A stretch of 64,000 nt of DNA from Hormiphora californensis (lineage: Eukaryota > Animalia > Ctenophora): assembly GCA_020137815.1 (NCBI GenBank), contig CM035358.1, positions 7,006,001-7,070,000 on the forward strand, in the 5' to 3' direction. Positions 59,198 to 64,000 of the stretch are shown in pieces (the first letter of the stretch is position 1; each line of letters opens with the position of its first letter). The translations under genes were made by a program, and so were the position numbers. A model generated the notes under the pieces. That model ran no database searches. It saw only the letters and a program-made list of their open reading frames with translations, and was not told the DNA's origin.

Positions 59198-62100
59198 TTA
59201 CCCATCCTCATCGTCCCCCAGACACCACTGCTTTGGGAGGGGTGGTGGTATGCCCAGGAAACAGTCAGGGGACCTCTGGAAAGTATACCTGAAACAAGTA
59301 AACAACCAATCAGAACTCGTTATTTAGGTCACGTGACTGGTTATCAGCCAATCAGGGACCAGTATTTCCTGATTCGGTCGGTTCATGCTGGAAAGTATAC
59401 CTCATTTGCTGCATGGCGGGGTACAGAGTGGGCAGGTCTTGGATTATCTTAGTCGCGTGTCTTAGCTGGTGGTAGTGACCTGGGAAGGGAATTGGTGTAG
59501 GATAGAGACGTAGGGGCTAGGGGAAGCATTTGTAAAATACCTAGGGTTCTCTTTTTGATTTTGGTGTTATGCAAGCAGGATGATCTAACCCTCCTTTACA
59601 TTTGTTGGAACAGGGCAAGGCAAGGATAGTGTGATTTAAAAGTTTTGTAAATACTGAACAAATGATTGAATAATACAACTGATTGAATCTGATTAAATAC
59701 AACTGGTTAATACAGAATACGGGGGTTGACAATCACTGCCAGGACCTATAGTAGAGCAGGCCAGGCAGAACTGAGGCAAAGAGCAGGTCTCGTTCATCAC
59801 GGTTCCACTTGGCAGGTCCTACAATCATGCCAGAGGGGGACATCTTCATTTTCTCCCGTATCTTAGTAAAGAATCCGTGGACAGTCCGCTCATCTAGATG
59901 CAGGGTTGTAGCAGTGAAAGCAGCTGATTTCCTCAAAGTGAACTGATTCAGGAGACTGATAAACATGCTGAAGGGTATGTTGGTTCCTTCCAGGATGCTG
60001 TGTTCCCGTACACACACAGTAACTCCACAAATAGTGCACCTCCAACTGAAGCCATCACTGTATATCATGGTAGAACAGGAGGTGGTGGTAGAACAGGAGG
60101 TGGTGGTAGAGCAGGGGGTGGTGGTAGAGCAGGGGGTGGTGGTAGAACAGGGTGTTGTGGTAGAGCAGGGGGTGGTGGTAGGACAGGGTGTTATCTTCAT
60201 CAGGACCAGGCAGTTGTTGCATTGGCAGTGGGTAGGAAGGATCTTCTTTCTCAGGAGGTAGTCAAAGCAGTCGTACTCCGAGGAGAGGACACCGGCGAGA
60301 ACAAGGTCAGAGTAATTGGGATGCATTGTTAGAGATAGTTTAATGGGTGATGTGCGGATTATTTATACTGGCATATGATATTGTGACCAGACCTAGTCAG
60401 TAATCTGACCTACCTTAATCGGCCATGTGACCTGTCCGACTTAATCGGTCATGCGACCTACCTTAATCGACCATGTGACCTGCCGATTTTCAAGAATTGA
60501 GAACCCGGCGAATACACAGTAAAATATACAGTAAAATATCCATCCAACAATGAGTTAATCAATATTAAATATATTCAGCCCACTAATAATTACCACCCCT
60601 ATAATCCAATAATTACCAATATCACCGTTCCCGTTAGTCACGGTGAATCCAGCATGTCCAAAGAGATCGACAAACTTCTCACAGAGGGAGAGATCAGTCA
60701 GGAACACGTGCATTGCTTGACGGTCCTCCTGTTGAGTCAGGAGACAGAAGTACCTGAGAGATAGGATCAATATGTTACCACTAATAATAGAGAGAGATGA
60801 TACACGACCTCCTGTTGAGTCAGGAGACAGAAGTACCTGAGAGATAGGATCAATATGTTACCACTAATAATAGGGAGAGATGATACACGACCTCCTGTTG
60901 AGTCAGGAGACAGAAGTACCTGAGAGATAGGATCAATGTGTTACCACTAACAATAGAGAGAGGTGATACACGACCTCCTGTTGAGTTAGGAGACAGAAGT
61001 ACCTGAGAGAATACACGTGAAATACCGAAGGAAATACCACATGAATACCACATGAAACCACTATTTTAATAGGCAGAGTACACTACCACCTTTTATTGAT
61101 CTCTCAAAAGACAACGGTAAACAAATTTCAGGTCACGGTAATTCACAGTGAGTCAAGTAAATAAGGTAATTCACAAATCACATTGGCCACTGGGCTCTAT
61201 ACCTACCGGTAGTCGAAGGGCCACAACGCACAATACTTCAGGGAGGTTGCTTTGAAGAAGGCAAGGCGAGTTGTTTTATCTGTGTAAACGCTTATTCCTT
61301 GGCTTGTTATTTCCAACATGACCAGACCAGCGGTGGGAGGGAACGGAGGATTCTGTGGGATAAAATTAACATATGATATTTATCACTGTTTGTAATGTAT
61401 AGTACACAGTACTGTACCTATACTCTTGTAACAAGAGCATGATTCAATAATTTTAAAGTTGCCAACCATTTGGAATGTCTCTTCTGACAAGAGGGTTGAA
61501 ATTTTAACAAATAGATCAGGAACACACACCCTGTAAAATGTATCAACTGCATCGTAGGTAACCTCAGCAACATCGGTGGGATTTTTAAACTGCTCTGCAG
61601 GCATCTTCAGTTCTTTGGACCCTACTGAACTTGCAGTTAAAAGAACGACTGCATCGGTACTGCTCAGTCGGGTGGGTGCGTAGGGCTCAGAACAAAACTT
61701 GCACTTCTTCCTGAAAACGATTGGAAATTGAGTCTACAGCTAGCTAGAAATGCATGTAAACTTATTATCTTAACCTCGCTGTTTTGATAAAATTGATATA
61801 GTCCCCGGGAATTATGAAAGGTGTGAATGGGCACTGAAAACAGAGGGAGGGAATTATCTGATATACCACAGTAGACTGCGGGAAATATCAGCAGGGGGGG
61901 TGTATAGTCTGATAAGGACACACACACTGATGGAGGCTGCAAGAACAGCACACTATTTTACCTTGAATCATCACGTAACACCCTCATCTCTAGTTTAGTA
62001 TGTTCAGCTATGTACGTCACTAGACTCTCATGGATCCTATTGCTGAGAGATATTCCGTCCATCATTAGCAGAATGTCACCCTTCTGTAACCCTGCTTTGT

Positions 62101-62336
62101 CTGCCACTGAGCCTGGCTTCACGTATAGGACCTCGGGCGGGCATTCCGCTTAATGGGAGAGAAGTTTTACAGATGAGTGGTACTCCAGCTATCAGCAAGT
62201 TGTCAAATTTCATAGGGATATCATGAAAATTCCCAGGTTATAAAACTCAAAACCGAATCTTTGGGAGTGATCAGTACTTACAACATAGCGTGAAGCCGTA
62301 CCAGGAATCCTTTCTGACTAAGGAAACCTTGAACAT
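59198..62336 (-). CDS. PDZ + PTB domain protein resembling the N-terminal half of RGS12; exons 62282-62336, 61962-62188, unresolved exons in 61410-61910, 61207-61352, 60617-60753, 59401-59479 and 59198-59288
   Basis: PDZ: MFKVSLVRKDSWYGFTL...VLYVKPGSVADKAGLQKGDILLMMDG. PTB: LVMLEITSQGISVYTDKTTRLAFFKATSLKYCALWPFDYR/YFCLLT...AMHVFLTD...GFTVT...IIQDLPTLY, which parallels the RGS12 PTB as I recall it. Confidence 0.75.
59733..60326 (-). mobile_element. Truncated Merlin/ISXO2 (IS1595-like) transposase ORF inside an intron
   Basis: CFDYL...CQCNNC...M...DGFSWRC..C....VREHSILEGTNIP (Zn ribbon), HTH (TATTLHLDERTVHGFFTKIRE), then IVGP; the DDE domain is largely missing. Confidence 0.7.
60725..61010. 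repeat. ~83-bp tandem repeat x3.5 spanning an acceptor and the first 28 nt of an exon
   Basis: cctcctgttgagtcaggagacagaagtacctgagag recurs at about 60725, 60808, 60891 and 60973. Confidence 0.92.
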
Positions 62337-62499
62337 TCACCCTAACTAATCAAAGACGGGAAATGGGTGATCAGTGGATTGTTCTAAGAAAATTCATGGA
62401 TGTATCAACTTGACTGTTCGCGATAGGCACAGCTGATTCAGCCACTCGAAAAAAAGTGGCTCGATCTGCTGCAGTGGCGCGAGAGGAGTCTCAAGCGTA

Positions 62500-63145
62500 T
62501 ACGGAAAACGTTAAAATCTGGGTGCCTTTCATTGCTAACATATCGTAGTTTTAGCGCGCGCGACGGGTTAGGGCTATCCGTTAGGGTCTGGTTAGGGTTT
62601 GGTTTCGGGTTACCGGTTAGGGCTATCGATTCTCTATCAGTTACCGTTTAGTTTACTCAAATTGGCCATGTGGTTGCGTGGCTATAGCCGTTTGAAAAAA
62701 GTCTGTCTAAGTATACTCTTTTGGCAGCGCGCACCTGTAAACACGCTGCAAGGCACCCAGATTATAATCGCGCCCAGCGTATACCAGGTAAAGTTTTACG
62801 CATACCTTGTTGTTCATCAACACTCGGTAATATTTAAATCGGTAAATTTAATGCGTCAACAGGTGCACAGAACGGGGGAGACACGGAAAACGTTAAAATC
62901 TGGGTGCCTTTCATTGCTAACAATTCGTAGTTTTGGCGCGTGCGACGGGTTAGGGCTATCCGTTAGGGTCTGGTTAGGGTTTGGTTTGGGGTTATCGATT
63001 AGGGCTATCGATTCTCTAACTGATACCGTTTAGTTTACTCAAATCGGCCATGTGGTTCCATGGCTATAGCCGTTTGAAAAAAGTCGGTCTAAGTATACTC
63101 TTTTGGTAGCGCGCACCTGTAAACAGGTTGCAAGGCACCCAGATT
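62500..63145. repeat. Tandem ~380-bp duplication with GGGTTAGGG-like motifs, probably part of an interspersed repeat
   Basis: acggaaaacgttaaaatctgggtgcc...gcaaggcacccagatta occurs at ~62501-62764 and ~62883-63146. Confidence 0.75.
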
Positions 63146-64000
63146 AAAGTGCGTTTCAAACGACTTGACCTGAGATTCCTGGAAATTCAGGATTTCCCCT
63201 TTATAAATACACGCGCAATGCGCCAAATTCCAAGAATTACGGGTCAAGTCGCTTGAAACGGACTTTATAATCGCGCCCGGGAGACACCGCATTTTTTCAA
63301 AAAGTTAAAAATCGGTGCACCGATTTTTAACTTTTTGAAAAAATGCTTTTACTTTTTTGCTTTGCTTCATCAAAATTTTAAGTACAATTTGATGTAACGC
63401 GCGAAATATTTTGTCTGTGTGCTGCGAAAACGCGCGCGCAAGCATATTTGAATAAATCATGTTTTGAAATAAGGAACCATAATAAAGTTCAAGAGCCTCC
63501 AAGAGCACCCAAGAGCGCACTCGATCGAAGAGAGACCACACCTGAGAGCGCACCACACCCAAAAGAGACCACATCCAAGAGCGCACCACCTCCAGAAGAC
63601 ACCACTTCAAGAGCGCACCACATCAAAGAGTACGGTGGCAGATTCCGGCCAAGAGTTTTTTCAATCAAGTGAAATATTTTTGTTTGAAGTTTTATAAAAA
63701 TTTTATTTCAAAATAAAAATAAACATCTCGTTAAAATTATTGGCCGGAATCTGCCACGCGAGAGGCAGATCTCGGCCAAGATTCTAAAAAAACCTTGGCC
63801 AGAATCTGCCAACCACGTGGCAGATTCCGGCCAACAAACTGAAACTTACTTATATCAAAGCGAAAACCGCTGTACCCGACTAATTTTGATACACTGAATC
63901 ACGTGAGCAACTTTTTCAATCCCTCGGAGGTCGGGATAGTGTCCTAATTGAGCATAATAGGGTCTAATTGACCTCAATTACAACTTTTTACCTGGAAACG

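Noticed and set aside
62560-63005. Telomere from GGGTTAGGG motifs (also 19200-19620 and 41750-42060)
   Set aside because: Motifs are interrupted and embedded in other repeats, not (TTAGGG)n arrays.

Overview
Eukaryotic (animal) genomic DNA with short GT-AG introns, dense MITEs and microsatellites, one 100-N gap and several error-rich stretches. The repeat content and gene style suggest a ctenophore such as Pleurobrachia, but this is an inference. Genes reconstructed by hand from exons: RPL35A (+), TTC39 (-), intronless ANKRD13 (+), SURF4 (-), a secreted Cu/Zn superoxide dismutase (+), an unknown Ser-rich protein (-), a compact TET dioxygenase (-), an intronless secreted SRCR-repeat protein (+), and an RGS12-like PDZ+PTB protein (-) with a Merlin/ISXO2-type transposase fragment in an intron. 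Mobile DNA includes a head-to-tail non-autonomous Helitron dimer, hAT-type MITEs with 8-bp TSDs and Tc1/mariner-type MITEs. The most unusual signal is that intronic tandem repeats in at least six genes are anchored on exon-intron junctions and amplify real donor or acceptor sites. One intron also appears to have been created from a MITE plus a 15-bp junction duplication. Nearly every start codon has a splice acceptor just upstream, consistent with spliced-leader trans-splicing.
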